NCBI GenBank assembly: GCA_009914755.4
Contig: CP068257.2
Coordinates: 20,640,001 to 20,704,000 of the forward strand
Direction of reading: 5' to 3'
Length of the DNA: 64,000 bases
Source: the human T2T-CHM13v2.0 reference genome, Homo sapiens
In this document: positions 29,617-43,580 of the stretch, piece by piece
Position numbering within the stretch: position 1 is the first letter of the stretch
Layout: each line of letters begins with the position of its first letter
The notes under the pieces: model-generated
Databases searched by the model: none
What the model was told of the DNA's origin: nothing
What the model saw: only the letters and a program-made list of their open reading frames with translations
Position numbers and translations under genes: made by a program

Positions 29617-30034
29617 TGTCTATTAGCCCATTTTAACATTCCTATAAAGAAATACTTGAGACTGGGTAATTTATAAAGAAAAGAGGTTTAACTGGCTTTA
29701 CAGGAAGCATTGTGCTGGCATCTGCTAGATTTCTGGATAGACCTCAGGAAACTTACAGTCAAGGTGGAAGACAAATGGGAAGCAGGCATGTCACATGAAG
29801 AAAGGAAGAGCAAGTGACAGAGAGTGGGGTTGGAGGAGGTGCTGTACACTTTTAAATGACCAGATTCTGTGTGAACTCAGAGAGAGAGCTTACTTATCGC
29901 CAAGGGGACAGCCCAAGCCATTCATGAGGGATCTGCGCCCATGATCCGAACATCTCCCACCAGGCCCCACCTCCAACATTGGGCATTACAAGTCAGCATG
30001 AGATTTGGGTAGGGACAAGCATTCAAACTACATC
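29617..30034 (-). mobile_element. Solo MaLR LTR (MST/THE1-like, diverged), antisense
   Basis: …gagactgggtaatttataaagaaaagaggtttaactggctttacaggaagcat…cctcaggaaacttacagtcaaggtggaag…gatccgaacatctcccaccaggccccacctccaacattgggcattacaagtcagcatgagatttgggtagggacaagc…catca is the reverse complement of a MaLR LTR. Confidence 0.75.
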
Positions 30035-31720
30035 ACGGTGGGAGGAGAAAAGCATATGGCCAAGTTCTTATTTCTCCTCCACTCTCTCTAGTGAACATTT
30101 TCATAGATACTTCAGAGGCTACTCTTGAAGTAGTGCCTCTTCTTCATCTACTTCTTCCTGATATCTCATCAGTGGTTGATCTTAAAATCTCATTCACATA
30201 GACTCTGCTTTATAGTCCTGCCATGCTACCCTAGTGGATATTCTGAAGCAAGATTCCTATCAAAATGACCTTGGTCGTAAATAGCTGGATTGAGTTCCAG
30301 AACTCACCCCTAGGTTTTATGTTTCTGTTACTATTTACAGTTGTTAGAAGGAAATACAGTTATTTATCAAGTCAGCAACAACATTTCTCATCCCCAACCC
30401 TATTCTTTTTCTTCTCTCTTCTCTATCCACCATCCTGCCAAAGACATTTTGCATAACAAAATCAGTCATGGTTAAGCACATGACTGCATGAAACCTTTTT
30501 CCAACTCCCCAAGGGACCTCCTGGAAAGCCCCCTCATCAGGCTTGAGATTAGAATTTACCTTCATCCTTCATTTATTGATTAACAGTTGATTTGGGATTT
30601 GCAGGAAAATCAGAGTATGAAAATAATTTTTCCCAGAGATATATCTTTAGGGCCCAAAGTTTAAATCCCCTTCTTGATCTTTTTGTGTCCTGATGCAAGT
30701 GAGGATTTTCAAAAGTTTTATAAAAAACAAAAATACTTAACTGTTTCCTTGGAAATTTACATTTTGGCCTGTTACCTAACTCACTTTTGAATCTGTTATT
30801 TATTTCACCTCAGACATCAATAAGACATTTTCCAAATTAACATCCAGTCACAAATATTTCAAAATTTTACATCAGAGATGGGATGATAGGTAGGGGAAAG
30901 AACTTAGTGTCATTTGTTAAAAATATTAATAAGTAGAAAATATTTTTGTACTTAATAACGTATCTATTGGAATAAAATAGATTTCTGAAAGGAAATAACA
31001 ATCGTTTATTACTGCATTGTAGAAATATAGAAAGACTTTATATTTTTAAAATAGATTTTTAATTTTTAATTAATTTATGGTAATTACACAGTAGTACACA
31101 CTTAATCAGAATGAAAAATTCATGGTTTTTTTTTTTAACAGAAAATAAACTTTAAAGTAAGAAGAGAAAAATTCTGGATAAACAATTCCAGCCTCTTCCT
31201 TTGTTTATTCCATTTTCTGCTGGGTTATCACCTCAATTCTCACAAATCCCGCCAACCAAAGCTTGTGGTGTATGCATGTGTCATGAGAGAAATTGCTACA
31301 GTATTAATACTGAGTCTTTTTTGAAGTATATTGACCCACATCTAAGTTAGAAAGCTATATTTTGGTGTTACACTCTGTATTCTTTGGTCCTAATGCTAAA
31401 GTTTTAATGCTGTCAGATGTTAGCAGCCAGTTTTTTTCTTTTTTCTTTTTCGTTTTAACCTCATTTTCACTCTCTTAAAGTCAAAATATGCCTAACTAAC
31501 TACAGTTGCTAAGATTGGCATTTTAAAATGCCATCAAATGGTCACAGTGTAAAGGATCTTTCACAGTTGAAGAAAACCCACACACAGGGTAGATTTGTTT
31601 TTGACCCATTAGTAAGCTTAGATAGCTCACAAAACACAGGATCACTTCAAGGCAGCACACCTCTAGTTAAGATGCATTTGCAGTGACAGGGAAATGCCAG
31701 GTTTCTGATACAGATTTTTT

Positions 31721-31786
31721 TATATATAATTATTACAGATATTTTATATATATATATAATTATATATGTACATATATATAATTTTG
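31721..31786. repeat. (TA)n-rich simple repeat
   Basis: Direct reading of the sequence. Confidence 0.9.
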
Positions 31787-34700
31787 TAGACAGACATCTT
31801 CAGGGATAATTCTTTTATAAAATGAAATAGCAGTATTTTAGTATTATATTGACATATGTCTATGATTAAAAACCACGTTGAAATATTGAATGATTAGGCA
31901 CCTGCTAATTTCTCATCAGAACTCTTTGAGAAAGTAGTGGGAATAAGTATAATTTAGATGATGCAACATTGAGTAATCAGTATGAGAACAGCTTGTAAAC
32001 TGATGACATTGGCTTGAATTTGGCTGATAAAAAATTAGAAAAATAACTATACTTTTCCTATTGTACCATTTTTTCCTCTCAAGCAGAATAATATTTCTTC
32101 TGCACCTGGAACCAGACTTCTGAACTCATTTCAAGTGACTGAACCATTATTGAGATATTAAAACAGGTGTTACTAAACCTACCAGTTATTAGGTTTTCTT
32201 CATATATCTATAATTTTTAATGTACAAATATTTACTTATTTGTGTGTTATGCCCCTTTACTAGATTATCATTTCTGGAATATTCAAATCTGTATCACATT
32301 CACTTTTTCCACAATACTTTGTATTCAATACTTATTTTCAAAATGTCATTTGTGTTGTTAATTACACGTAAATTCCTTGGTTCTCAAGTGACTTATTTTC
32401 AGCAGGTGTAGAGAGAGATAATCCTGTATAAACTAGCATTCTGTATGCAGCTTTGGATTCATTGTGCACTTTGAAAAATCAAGATCTTGAGAGCAATGCT
32501 TAAATTTACCGGGGAAATTTATTTTTAAGAACAATTGAAATTTGGTTATTTTTTACACACAGATTTCATGACTATAAATAAAAAGATTTTTGACTGTGTA
32601 AATAAAGTTGATGTTGACAATTTATTTTTTAATAACAATAGTGAATATGTAATTATCTAAACCCGAAGTTAGCAATTTTATTTTATAAATGGCCAGGAAG
32701 TTAATACTTGGCTTTGTGACCATACTCTCTCTTGCATCTATGCAACTCTGTCTGTCATTTTAGCATTAAAGAATCCATGGACAATAGGTAAATGAGTATG
32801 TTGATTTTCAGTAAAACTTTACTTCAACAACATGCAGATAGCTTGACTTGATCATGGGCTATAGTTGCTTACTCTTAATCAAACACATGATTATATAAAA
32901 AGACAAGTTATATTATTCAGTGAGTTTCTGATACTAATTTTTATAATTTTTATCACATTCTTAAATTGGTGAAAACCCTTTGTTGAAACCAAAGACTGTT
33001 TTCTGGTCTGTTTTGAATTCCTCTTTGTTGTCTATTCTAATGTTTTCATACTCGTTTTTATGATTATGTAAGTTTCCACATTGGGATGTATTTGTCCTTT
33101 GCATCTTTTAAAAATTCTTGAACATATGTTTGAGCTTCAATTTCTCAAGTACATCAATTAAATATTGGTAGCATATCTAGGGAGATGTCATCCTCACATT
33201 ATTCTCTACAGTGTTCTTTCGAATGACTTACTTTGCTGGAAAGTCTATTATCTATGGTCATGTGAGTTTATTTTTCTCTCTAAGTACTACTTTATCTGTT
33301 TGAATCCTTTTTCTATGAAGTTGATACAGTTAGTTGACAATGTAAAAGCAAGGAAAGAAGTGAGTGGTAAAGAAGAAAGGACAAAGAAAGAAAAAGTGAA
33401 AAGAAATGAGAGAAGGAAGGTCAAAGCAATGTGATTTTGTTTTTTTGGAAGAAAGATTGGCTTCTTAAATGAAAGCAGGTATGAAAATACTCACTATATT
33501 TGACATTATTGTTTTGATCAGATGTCACATAAAATCCAAAATATGCCCAGGATTAACACATTAAATAGTCACCCGCTGTGCTTAATTATGTTATTGTCCC
33601 CAGTTATTGACTGCCTTCCCTATAAGGAAATTACACCTTTTTGCTAAATCCTATATGTCCTGCATGGACTCTTGATGGCATAACTTTTCTCCTTCTCTTT
33701 GACATCATATTGGACCTTGTGATTTGCTATGGCCAAAGAAAGGTGAGCGCTCCAAAAGAAATGGTAAAATCCTTTTTCTAGCTCTGGCATTGCTTTATCC
33801 ACTCTATCACAAATAACAGCATGACATAGTTTGGAGCTCTTCCTTCAGTTTAGATTCCTGAATAAAGAAGCTAAATGGAGCACAATTAGCAGTGCAGTTC
33901 CAAAGCCAAACTGCAGTTGGAATGTCGCATGGGTGAGAAAGAAATCACTGGTTGTGAGCCAATGAGATTTTGATGTTGTTACTACAGAATAACTTAGTAA
34001 GAGTTTAAAAATACAAAAAATATATAAGGACTGGGTGCTAAAGTAATTAAAATCTAATATAAGTGATATTGGCTTCAGGAAAAGGCAGCAGATAGCAAGA
34101 AAATTGTTACTAGAAATTGGACATTGAGAATCATCTTGTTCATAAGCACAAGCATCTAATAATCTGTTGTGATAACTTGAACGTCATACATTATACCAAT
34201 TGAGCTTCTGGATTATTAAAGAAGTTTACGAATACACTGCTGCAAACGTGCCTTAGTGTCTATAGGTTAGATTTACTAAGAACCTAAAAGAAAGAGTTGA
34301 GTTTCAAAAAGATTTGGCTGCCGTACAAGCAAAAATAAAAGAGAAAAGAGATATTCTATAAATTTCAAAATTTTTAATGATATGATATAATTTTTTTATC
34401 TACAACCAAATAAACTTAAATAGAGAAATGCAAAACAAAGACAAATAACTACCAAGTCTTAAATGTTAGACATAAAATCAGACACTTTATAGTTAGAAAA
34501 AAATGGCTCGAGGGAAATTCCAAGAGTTGGCTAATGGCTGTTAACCTCAAGCTATAAACAATGAAGACTAGAGAATAATGTGCCATATGTTGAAAATAAG
34601 TGTAAGTATAATATTTAGTGAATAGAGCCAACTGACATCAAATTGATTAAAAAGATGATTATATTTTTTGAAAAATCACTGCCAAAGGGCAAGCAGTTGA

Positions 34701-36549
34701 GACCTAAGCAGCTTGCATGGTTGATAGAAGGTGAGCAAAAGAGACCTATGCTGTGCCTGAGCAGTAGGGTAAAAAGTAATTGCAGGCATACCCCATTCTA
34801 TTGCACTTAAATTTATTGTGCTTCATAGAGAATGCATTTTTTTAACAAATTGAGGATTTGTGACAATTATGCATCTTTTGGCACTATTTTCCCAAAAGTA
34901 TGTGCTCATTTTGTGTCTCTGTGTCAGCAATTTTGTTGTAGCAATAATCTATTTTAAAATTAAGGTATGTACATGTTTGTTTGTAGTGCTATTGTACACA
35001 TAGACTACTGTATAGCAAAGAGAACCGTTACATAAACTAAGAATCCAACACATTTGTGTGACTGAATTTATTGTGATATTTGCTTTATTGCAGTGGTCTG
35101 GAACTGAGCCCACAATATCTTTCAGATATGCCTTTGTGTGATTCTCTTGTTGCTCTTTGCTTTTGCCAATGATAAAGGCATGTTTTGAATGTGGGCTGCT
35201 TTTCAAACATGAATTTTATCTTGAAGAAGACACATGGAACATTACAACTTATGTGTCTCAGCCACGATAGATAAAATGTAATGTTTCACATATTTAGTAC
35301 TGACTGAAAAATACATATTTATTATTATAAGTCCACTGATATAGAGGGGATGCATGTTAGTGAAGCATAACTTTGCAAACTCAAACTACAAAAGCACCAA
35401 TTGAATAAGAATAATAATATGTAGAAAATAGTTTTCGTGAGCCAGGAATTATTATTGGCATATTTTATGCATTGTTTCATACAATCCTTATAAAATGTCT
35501 TAAATTATGGAGTCCTCCATCAAGGAAAAATTTAAAATGGGAGGAAATAAGCAGATATGAACAATTAGAAATAAAAATGCTATTGTATTTCTTCAGAGAA
35601 ATGCAAAAGGTACATAGGTAATAGATCAATTTGTTCAGAATTCTGAAGAAAATTAGATTTAGAAATTTTGAGTACCTATTCTGAATACAAGAGAGACTTA
35701 AGGCATCCCATTCATTCTTTGCTGGTACATACTAAGCTTAGAGAGACAACTTCATTTTTAATAACAAAACAGAAACAGAGTGGGGGGACTATAAAAAATG
35801 CACAATATGAAGAGAAATTAATACACTAGAGATTCAAAGGAAGAATCTGTATAGTTCATAACTTTCAACAGAAAAAGTATGACCATTCTAACAAACCACT
35901 AAGCTAGTATTATTAAATCTAGGTGAGAGATTGATCCCTCGAAAAGAACAAAAAAAACAACAACAAATATTGTGCCATAAGAAATGTGTAGAATCAAATT
36001 TTAAATACACATATGTTCTATTTACTATATATGTAAAATAAGGAAATTGACTGAGTTTAGGAAAGCTGCAAGAGATCACACAATGTGAAGTAAGAATTGC
36101 TAGAGGAAGACTAATAAATAAAAGAATGACAAAGAAAATAAAGAGAAGTAAAAAATTACATATATACAGTTTTTATTAAATCAACAAATTTTAAAAAATA
36201 CATGTTAGCCATAGGTTGAAAGAAGTATTTTTAAAATATTCACTGTTTCCTAGGGAGAAAAATGACTTAGGAAATTGCAAAGTAAGAACCAAAAGATTTA
36301 GCTGAAAAAATTATATGGTAGATAGCAAATATGAGGCAGGGGCAGAGTCTGCACCTGCTCACTCATGTGCCCCTCAATACTCTGTGCCTGGCTCACCCTT
36401 GTCACATGTGGGATCCAAGCCAGTAGCATAAGCCGAGTGGGCAGAACAGGCTCAGCAGGCCTAAATAAAACTTGGGCAAAGGTGCCATCTGCCACAAAAA
36501 TTTCCAGCTGGCAAAGAGACACCCCAAGAATCCTGTGACATTACTCCTG

Positions 36550-36860
36550 CAAAAATGGCCATAATAAAAAAATCAAAAGATAATAGATATTGGTATGAAT
36601 GTAGTGAGAGGGGCACACTTTTACATGGCTGATGGGAATGTAAATGAGTACAAACACTGTGGAAAACAGTATGGAATATTCCTTAAAGAACTAAAAGTAG
36701 AACTACCATTTGATCCAACAGTATCACTACTGAGTATCTACCAAGAGGAAAAGAAGACATTATACAAAAGATACTTGCACACATATGTTTATAGCAGCAC
36801 AATTTACAATTGCAAAAATATAGAACCAGCCCAAATGCCCATCAATCAATGAGTGGGGAG

Positions 36861-36903
<43 letters not shown>

Positions 36904-37300
36904 CACATACACATACACACACACACTATGGAATACTACTCAGCCATAAAAAGGAATGAAATAATGGCATTTGCAGCAACCTAGATGGGATTGGAGACCA
37001 TTATTCTAAGTGATGTAACTCAGGAATGCAAAACCAAATATCGTATGTTCTCACTCATAAGTGGGAGCTACGTTATGAGGATGCAAAGGCATAAAAATGA
37101 CACAATGGACTGTGGGGACTCGGGAAAAGGATGGGGGTGTTGAGTGATAAGAGACTACACATTGGATACAGTGTACAGTGCTGGAGAGATGGGTGTACCA
37201 AAATTTCAGAAATCACTGCTAAAGAACTTATTTATGTAACCAAATACCACCTGTTTCCCAAAAAGCTATTGAAATAAACAAAATAAAAAAGATAAAGTTT
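36550..37300 (+). mobile_element. L1 3' fragment (ORF2 C-terminus and 3'UTR) with an internal (CA)n
   Basis: …gggcacacttttacatggctgatgggaatgtaaatgagtacaaacactgtggaaaacagtatgg…tatggaatactactcagccataaaaaggaatgaaataatggcatttgcagcaacctagatggg…ctcactcataagtgggagc…. Confidence 0.85.
36863..36926. repeat. (CA)n microsatellite embedded in the L1
   Basis: Direct reading of the sequence. Confidence 0.95.
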
Positions 37301-37520
37301 AAGCAATATTTATATTGTAAAGAATAAATTTGGTTAAAATATTTGTTTGATTAAAAACTTCTTAGCCAGATATTATTAACTAGACAAACTGAAATAACTG
37401 AATTATTTGTCAAATAATATTTTATAAGTATAATTAACTAAACGTTAATTTAGCAGCATAAAAAGTAATTAATACAAAACCATGAACGAATAAATTTTAA
37501 AACAAGGGATAATTAAAAGC

Positions 37521-37568
<48 letters not shown>
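37521..37568. repeat. (GT)n microsatellite preceded by a short (AT)n
   Basis: Direct reading of the sequence. Confidence 0.95.
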
Positions 37569-37570
<2 letters not shown>

Positions 37571-39045
37571 AGGAACGGATCTCTAAAAAATCAATTTGAG
37601 TCAACATCTGGGTTATATGCCTAAGCAAAGGACAAATAATATAGAATGATACAAGAAATAAGACTATAAATTACCAATGTGTAAAAGAATTTAGATGTTT
37701 TATAATAAAATATTTGCTAAAATATTTCCTTGAAAAAGTATAAATTTCAAAAAAGCAATTTTAGGTATATATTATTAGAACTACCTCAATTGGCATTTAA
37801 AAGCAAAAGAATAATTACCAAAGTTGAAATGAACACATTTATGAAGGAATGTCTTCTATAAATGCTAGGCCAACATGCTACTTAAAAGAATTTAGCAGCA
37901 TATTAACATAAGTAGTTTTCAAATTGGTCAAAAACAGTTGGGTTGCTTGTTTTAGTTTCCCCAGAAGCACACATTCGAATATGGGTTTGGCTGCAAATTG
38001 TTTGATAGGTAATCTTAAGAAGCACTGGTATGTAAAAGGGAAAGTTAGACAGGGAAAGAAAGGATGACATTGATGTTGTCTAATGATACGGTTACCACTG
38101 ATGGGGACTTCTAGGAGACAGCATAGAATGTGTTTTCAAATTGTTTCTCTTGTACATGTGAAGTTGGAATATTTATCTGTTAAGTTGTATCATTGGTTTA
38201 AGACCATTCTCGAGCATACATACTCTTCACATGCATGTGGACAGAGTTCGCATGTTTTCTGCTGATCTGAGCCTTCTGGCCAAGGAACATCCTTAGGAAG
38301 AGTGTGGCCAGTGCTTGTAGCAGAAACCATTGGCCTTTCAGAGAATAGTAAGTGCCAGGAAGGTGTGGAGTGAGCACTAACAACTTCTATAGGCAATAAA
38401 ATAAGAATGCCATAACATAGAAAACAAGTAGCACGCACATACACACACACAGAGTAAAGCTCTCTCAACTACAGACAAAATTCATTCACGAGTGCTATTA
38501 TAAAAGCCTTTAGCAAATTAAGAGGAAAACGTGACATAGCAAAATGGAATTTGTCAGCAAGGAATCACTATTATATTTCACATTTTATTAGCTAAATTAA
38601 GAAAAGTGAAGCATATGCCTATCTCAATATTTGCCATAAAGTAATAAACTTTAACATGCAGGAATGCCAATGATATGATTACAGTTTTGCCATTAGAAGT
38701 AGTCTTAGGAACATGAAAAAGATTTCTACAAACACAAGTAATTCATAGCATCGCAGTGGAGATGACTGGTTAATGACTAGAATAACCCTCTTAATGCCGT
38801 GAGTGTCATTAACTCCCCACACTTGAAAAACCCCAAGAAGGACCATAATTTTGAATTTTCTTACAGTGGTTGAATTATGAGAAATAAAATTATGAGAAAG
38901 AAAAGATGACTAACCTTTAGGTTCCTGGGGAAACAAATTAATCCATTAATTGAATCAATTATTAATGACACACTCAGCAAACATAGCCATTACAGTCAAA
39001 GGTAATCATGGGTCCTTACCTGGGGTCTAGTAGAGCTTACAGTTT

Positions 39046-39800
39046 TTTTTTTTCTTAACAAAAATATCTGTACATGTTTCATGTACACAATTTAGTGCAT
39101 ATGCCTGTAGCCATAAAATCACCACAATAAGGATAATAAATATACTCATCATTCCTAAAAGTTTCCATGTATTTCTTTGGGGAGGCGGTGTGTGTGCTGA
39201 TGTGTTTCAAATGTGTATGTGTTTGTGTGTGGTTAGAACACTTAACATGAGCTCTACCTTCTTCGTAAATTTTAAGTATACAATAGTGAATTGTTAACTA
39301 TAGGCACAATGTTGTTTAGCAGATTTCTAGAACTTACTCATCTTGCATAACTAAAACTTTATATCCATTGTGTAACAATTCCTATCTTTCCTTCCTCCTA
39401 GCCCTTGACATCCACTATTCTATTCTCTGCCTCTAGAAGTCTGACTATTTTTAGAACTCATATAAATGAAATCATGCAGTATTTGTACTTCTGTGACTGG
39501 CTTATTTCACTTAGTAGATGTCCTCCAGGTCTATGTTTTCCCAAGTTGTAGGATTTTCTTCTTTATTTTAAAAAACTGGATAATATTTCATGGTACATGT
39601 ACATTATGTTTTCTCTGTCCACTCATCTGTCTATTGAAATTTGGGTCATATCTGTAGCTTGGTTACTGTGAATAATACTGCAACTTTCATTAGTGCAATA
39701 TCTCTTTGATATCATGATTTCACTTATTTTGGATGTATATCCGGGAGTGAGATTGCTGAATTGTATGGTAGTTCAATCACTGAATTCAATACATTTTAGG
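39046..39800 (-). mobile_element. L1 (older L1P/L1M type) 3' segment in antisense: T-tail, 3'UTR and ORF2 C-terminus
   Basis: A poly(T) at 39046-39058 is followed by the antisense 3'UTR (…tcatgcagtatttgtacttctgtgactggcttatttcacttag…tccactcatctgtctattgaaatttgggtc…gtgaataatactgcaac…). Confidence 0.8.
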
Positions 39801-40420
39801 GATACCAAATCAACATATAAAAATCAACTGTGTTTCTATACATTAACAATGAACTGTCCAAAAGGAAATTAAGAAAATAATACCACATCTCTTCCACAAC
39901 AATGTGAATACACTTAACACTACTGTACTGTATACATAAAATCAGTTAAAGTGGTAAATGTTATGTTAACTGCAATTTAAAAAATTAAACTAGAATTCCG
40001 GTTCAGAATTTTTTTAAAAAATAAAACAATCCCATATATAAAAGCATCAAAAAAAAATACCTAGTAATAAGCCTAACCAAGAAGGTGAAAGACTTGTACA
40101 CTGAAATCTATAAAACAATGATGAAATAAAGCACACAAACTCATTTTCATGGATTGGATGACTCATTATTATTAAAATGTCCGTACGATCTAAAGTGATC
40201 TACTGATTTCATAATATCTTCATCAAAACTCCAGTGGGATTTTTTGCAGAAATAGAAAAAAAATCTAAAATTTATACAGAATAACAAGAGTTTGAATAGC
40301 CAAAGTGATCTTGAAAAAGAATACAGCTGGAGGCATCAGCTCTCTGATTTCAAAAATATATTACAAAGCTACAGTAATTAAAACAGTATCTGTTTCCAAG
40401 GATGATTAGGAAGGAACATG
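39800..40420 (+). mobile_element. L1 ORF2 middle segment in sense orientation, immediately abutting the antisense 3' segment (inverted piece)
   Basis: The translation resembles L1 ORF2 (…IPFTIA…KIKYLGI.LTKEVKDLY.ENYKTL.KEI…W.GRLNI.KM…KAIC). Confidence 0.7.
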
Positions 40421-40904
40421 TGAGAATGATGGAATTACCTCCACCAGATTCTCTTCACTGTGCTTCTTTCGGAATATGAAATTGAATTGATACTATCAGC
40501 CATTTAAATTGTGATTTAAGTGTTTTTATTTCATTATAATACGTGATAAACATATCAGTAATTTCAGAGTCTCATGCTTTATTTCATGTATTAGCTTTAA
40601 TTTGGGTAATTATTAATTTGATCATATAAGTAAAATCATTCTTCCTGCTTTACTATTTCCTGAAATATATACCTTCGAGATTAAAAAAGTGAAAAATTAT
40701 TCAGATAAATAATTTATTGTGAACAGTTTTGCAACACCATGTATTTTAGTGTTCCTCTCTTCAGCAAGTTGCATTCATACAATGATAATAACAACAACAT
40801 CATACTAGATTTTTTTCACTACCAATGGAGTATTTAGAATATTTATTTCTAGTGAAAGGGTTGTCCAACAACTACTTTCACAAAAACAAAAGTTTCAGTT
40901 GCTT

Positions 40905-41640
40905 AAATGTTAATTTTCTATTGACACATAATACGTGTATGCCGGTATGGGATATGTATAATATTTGTTACGTGCATAGAATGTGTAATGATCAAGTCAG
41001 GGTATTTAAGGTATTCAGCAGCTTGAGTATTTGTCATTTCCTTGTGTTGGGAACATTTCAACTTCTCTATTTTAGCTATTTTGAAATAAACAATACATTA
41101 TTGTTAACAACAATGTTATTGATCATTAGAACTTATTCTTCTTATCTAACTGTATTTTTGTAGCTATTTACTAAACTCTCTTCATCTCCCCCACATGTAT
41201 TCTTACACCCTTCTCAGACTCTGGTAACTATTATGCTACTTCATGAAAATAACTTTTTAAGCCCCCACATACGAGTGAAAAGATGTGATATTTGTCTTTC
41301 TGTGCCTGGCTTATTTCTCTTAACATAATGACCTCTAGTTTTATCCCCGTTGCTAAACATGACAAGATTTTAGCCTTTTTATGGCTGACTAGTATTCTAT
41401 TATGTATATATGCCACATCTTCTTTATCCATCCCATCCATTGATGGACACTTAGGTTAATTCCATATCTTTTCTATTGTGAATAGTGCTGCGATAAACAT
41501 ATCAGCGCAGGTATCTCTTTGATATAGTGATAGCCTTTCCTTTGGATAAATACCCAGTAGTGGGAATGCTGGTTCATATGGTAGTTCTGTATTTAGCTTT
41601 ATGAAAAATCTCCATACCGTTTTAATGCTTAAAATACTAG
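40905..41640 (-). mobile_element. L1 3' end fragment in antisense
   Basis: …catagaatgtgtaatgatcaagtcagggtatttaaggt… and …ttatccatcccatccattgatggacacttaggttaattccatatcttttctattgtgaatagtgctgcgataaacat… are hallmark antisense L1 3' sequences. Confidence 0.8.
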
Positions 41641-42194
41641 AACATGGAATAAAGTTATTTTTGCAAGTGCATTTTAAAACAATTAGAGCTACGCACTGAA
41701 GAAAAACATTTTCTGCTAAAGTAGTATGTGCCTCACTGAAAAGTATTCTTGTTTAATAGAAGTATTATATCTTATAATAAATCCAAACTATAATAAAATT
41801 CAATTAAGCACATGCTATTTTCAATTCAGTAAGGTAGGCAATGTGGGAATTTAGATTCAAATGTGTATGGTTTCTCTTCTGGAATCTAGAATCAATATTG
41901 TAAAAGGCTTGTAAAAAAAATGACTATACTTTGAAAAGAATTAAGAAGATGTATAAATGGAATCCTGAGACAAGAGAGAAACAGGGAAAATTAATTCTAC
42001 AGAGTAATTTAGGAAAGTAGCAGATGTGGGAATCATCAAATGATCTGTACAAAAAAGAATTTGAGGTAAGTAGCACTGTTAGAGTTAGGTCACTGACAGA
42101 CTGAGAAGTACGTAAGTTCTTAGGAAGCAAGGTTGAAGGCAATTTAACAATAATGAAAAGTGCAGGCCATAAATATGGAATAGCAAGATATCAG

Positions 42195-42335
42195 GGCTAC
42201 ATCACCAAATATTTACTATACACCTATTATGTACCAAGCTGTTTTCTTAGCACTGAGGATTAAACTATCACTTGGAGACGTTAAAGTCCTTTTTCGTATG
42301 AAGCTCATTATCTGTTTGAGGTGAGAGTAGGGGAT
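42195..42335 (-). mobile_element. Possible MIR SINE fragment (antisense)
   Basis: aaatatttactatacacctattatgtaccaagctgttttcttagcactgagg resembles the reverse complement of the MIR 3' region (…aaatatttattgagcacctactatgtgccaggcactgttctaagc…). It is diverged. Confidence 0.4.
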
Positions 42336-43254
42336 GACAAAATATTAAATTTAAAAAGTAAAAAATAATGAATAAATAATAATCACTAATTTGAGAGCAA
42401 AATAGGGTGTATGATAGAAACTGACTGGGTGGCTACTTTTGATTGGTTTTGCAGGCAAGAGCTCCCTGTGCTTATGTGACACATATGATTCGTTAAGTGT
42501 TTACTTTATGCCTTACACCGTGTTCATTATATCAACTAACAACTCTCCATTTCTCAACTTTGCACATAAATTATTGTATATTTTCTGCATACATATGCAA
42601 ACACACACACACATATACAGATGCATTAACAGAAGATACAATATCATGAAAATTACAAAAAGAAAATTGAAGGCAGAAGATCTAAGTGAATTCTTAAATT
42701 CTAAGTTATTCTTAACCTCTAAGTTATTGACTTTCTGACCTGTTATTCATTACATTCATGGTGTGATAATAGCAGCCAACTCACAAGAGATCCATGAGAA
42801 AAAAATGAAATCCTATAAGTGGATATACAGTAGTTTGAAAACTACATATTAGAAGTGGCAATGTACAAATATGTTTATCACCATCTTCATATAATTATTT
42901 GTATACATGTCTAAATAGCATAATAATGGGAATAATACCAACAGAAAGTCCCAGTAACTTGAACTGATATTATATGTAGCCATACTACTGCAGTCAAAGG
43001 TAGATATTGAAATATAGGAAGTGATTCTATAGTAAATTATTAAACGAATGGGAAAATTCTTTCTGCATGGAAGTTTTTTCACATTATAGTTAAAAATAAA
43101 GTGATTTATAGTAATAATTAAATTAATATATAGTAATAAATAATAGAATATATACATACTAATGATTAGTTAGTTTTAGTACCTATAGGTAGTCTAACAG
43201 AGTATAAAGTTACTTATTATATTACCTTTGAACTGGAAGCTCATGGGGCTCTTT

Positions 43255-43261
43255 GTTTTGT

Positions 43262-43293
<32 letters not shown>

Positions 43294-43580
43294 TGAGGCG
43301 GAGTTACTGCTGTTGCCCAGGCTGGAGTGCAACGGCACAATCTTGGCTCACTGAGACCTGCACCTCCTGGGTTCAAGCAATTCTCCTGCCTCAGCCTCCT
43401 GAGTAGCTGGGATTACAGATGCGTGCTACCACAGCCAGAAAAATTTTGTATTTTTAATAGAGGCAGGGTTTCGCCATGTTGGCCAAGCTGTTCTCAAACT
43501 CTTGACCTCACATCATCCACCCACCTTGGCTAGGTAATCCCAAAGTGCTAGTATTACAGGCGTGAGCCACCACGCCCAGT
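43255..43580 (-). mobile_element. Alu SINE, antisense, with a long T-rich tail
   Basis: (T)n then gaggcggagttactgctgttgcccaggctggagtgcaacggc…gattacaggcgtgagccaccacgcccag. Confidence 0.9.

Noticed and set aside
33340-33434. Lys/Glu/Arg-rich ORF tail (KEVSGKEERTKKEKVKRNERRKVKAM)
   Set aside because: It is produced by a purine-rich (GAA/AAG)-like simple tract. This is low-complexity sequence, not a basic protein domain.
40825-41163. 112-aa plus-strand ORF
   Set aside because: It overlaps the antisense L1 3'UTR fragment at 40905-41640. It is an AT-rich spurious frame.
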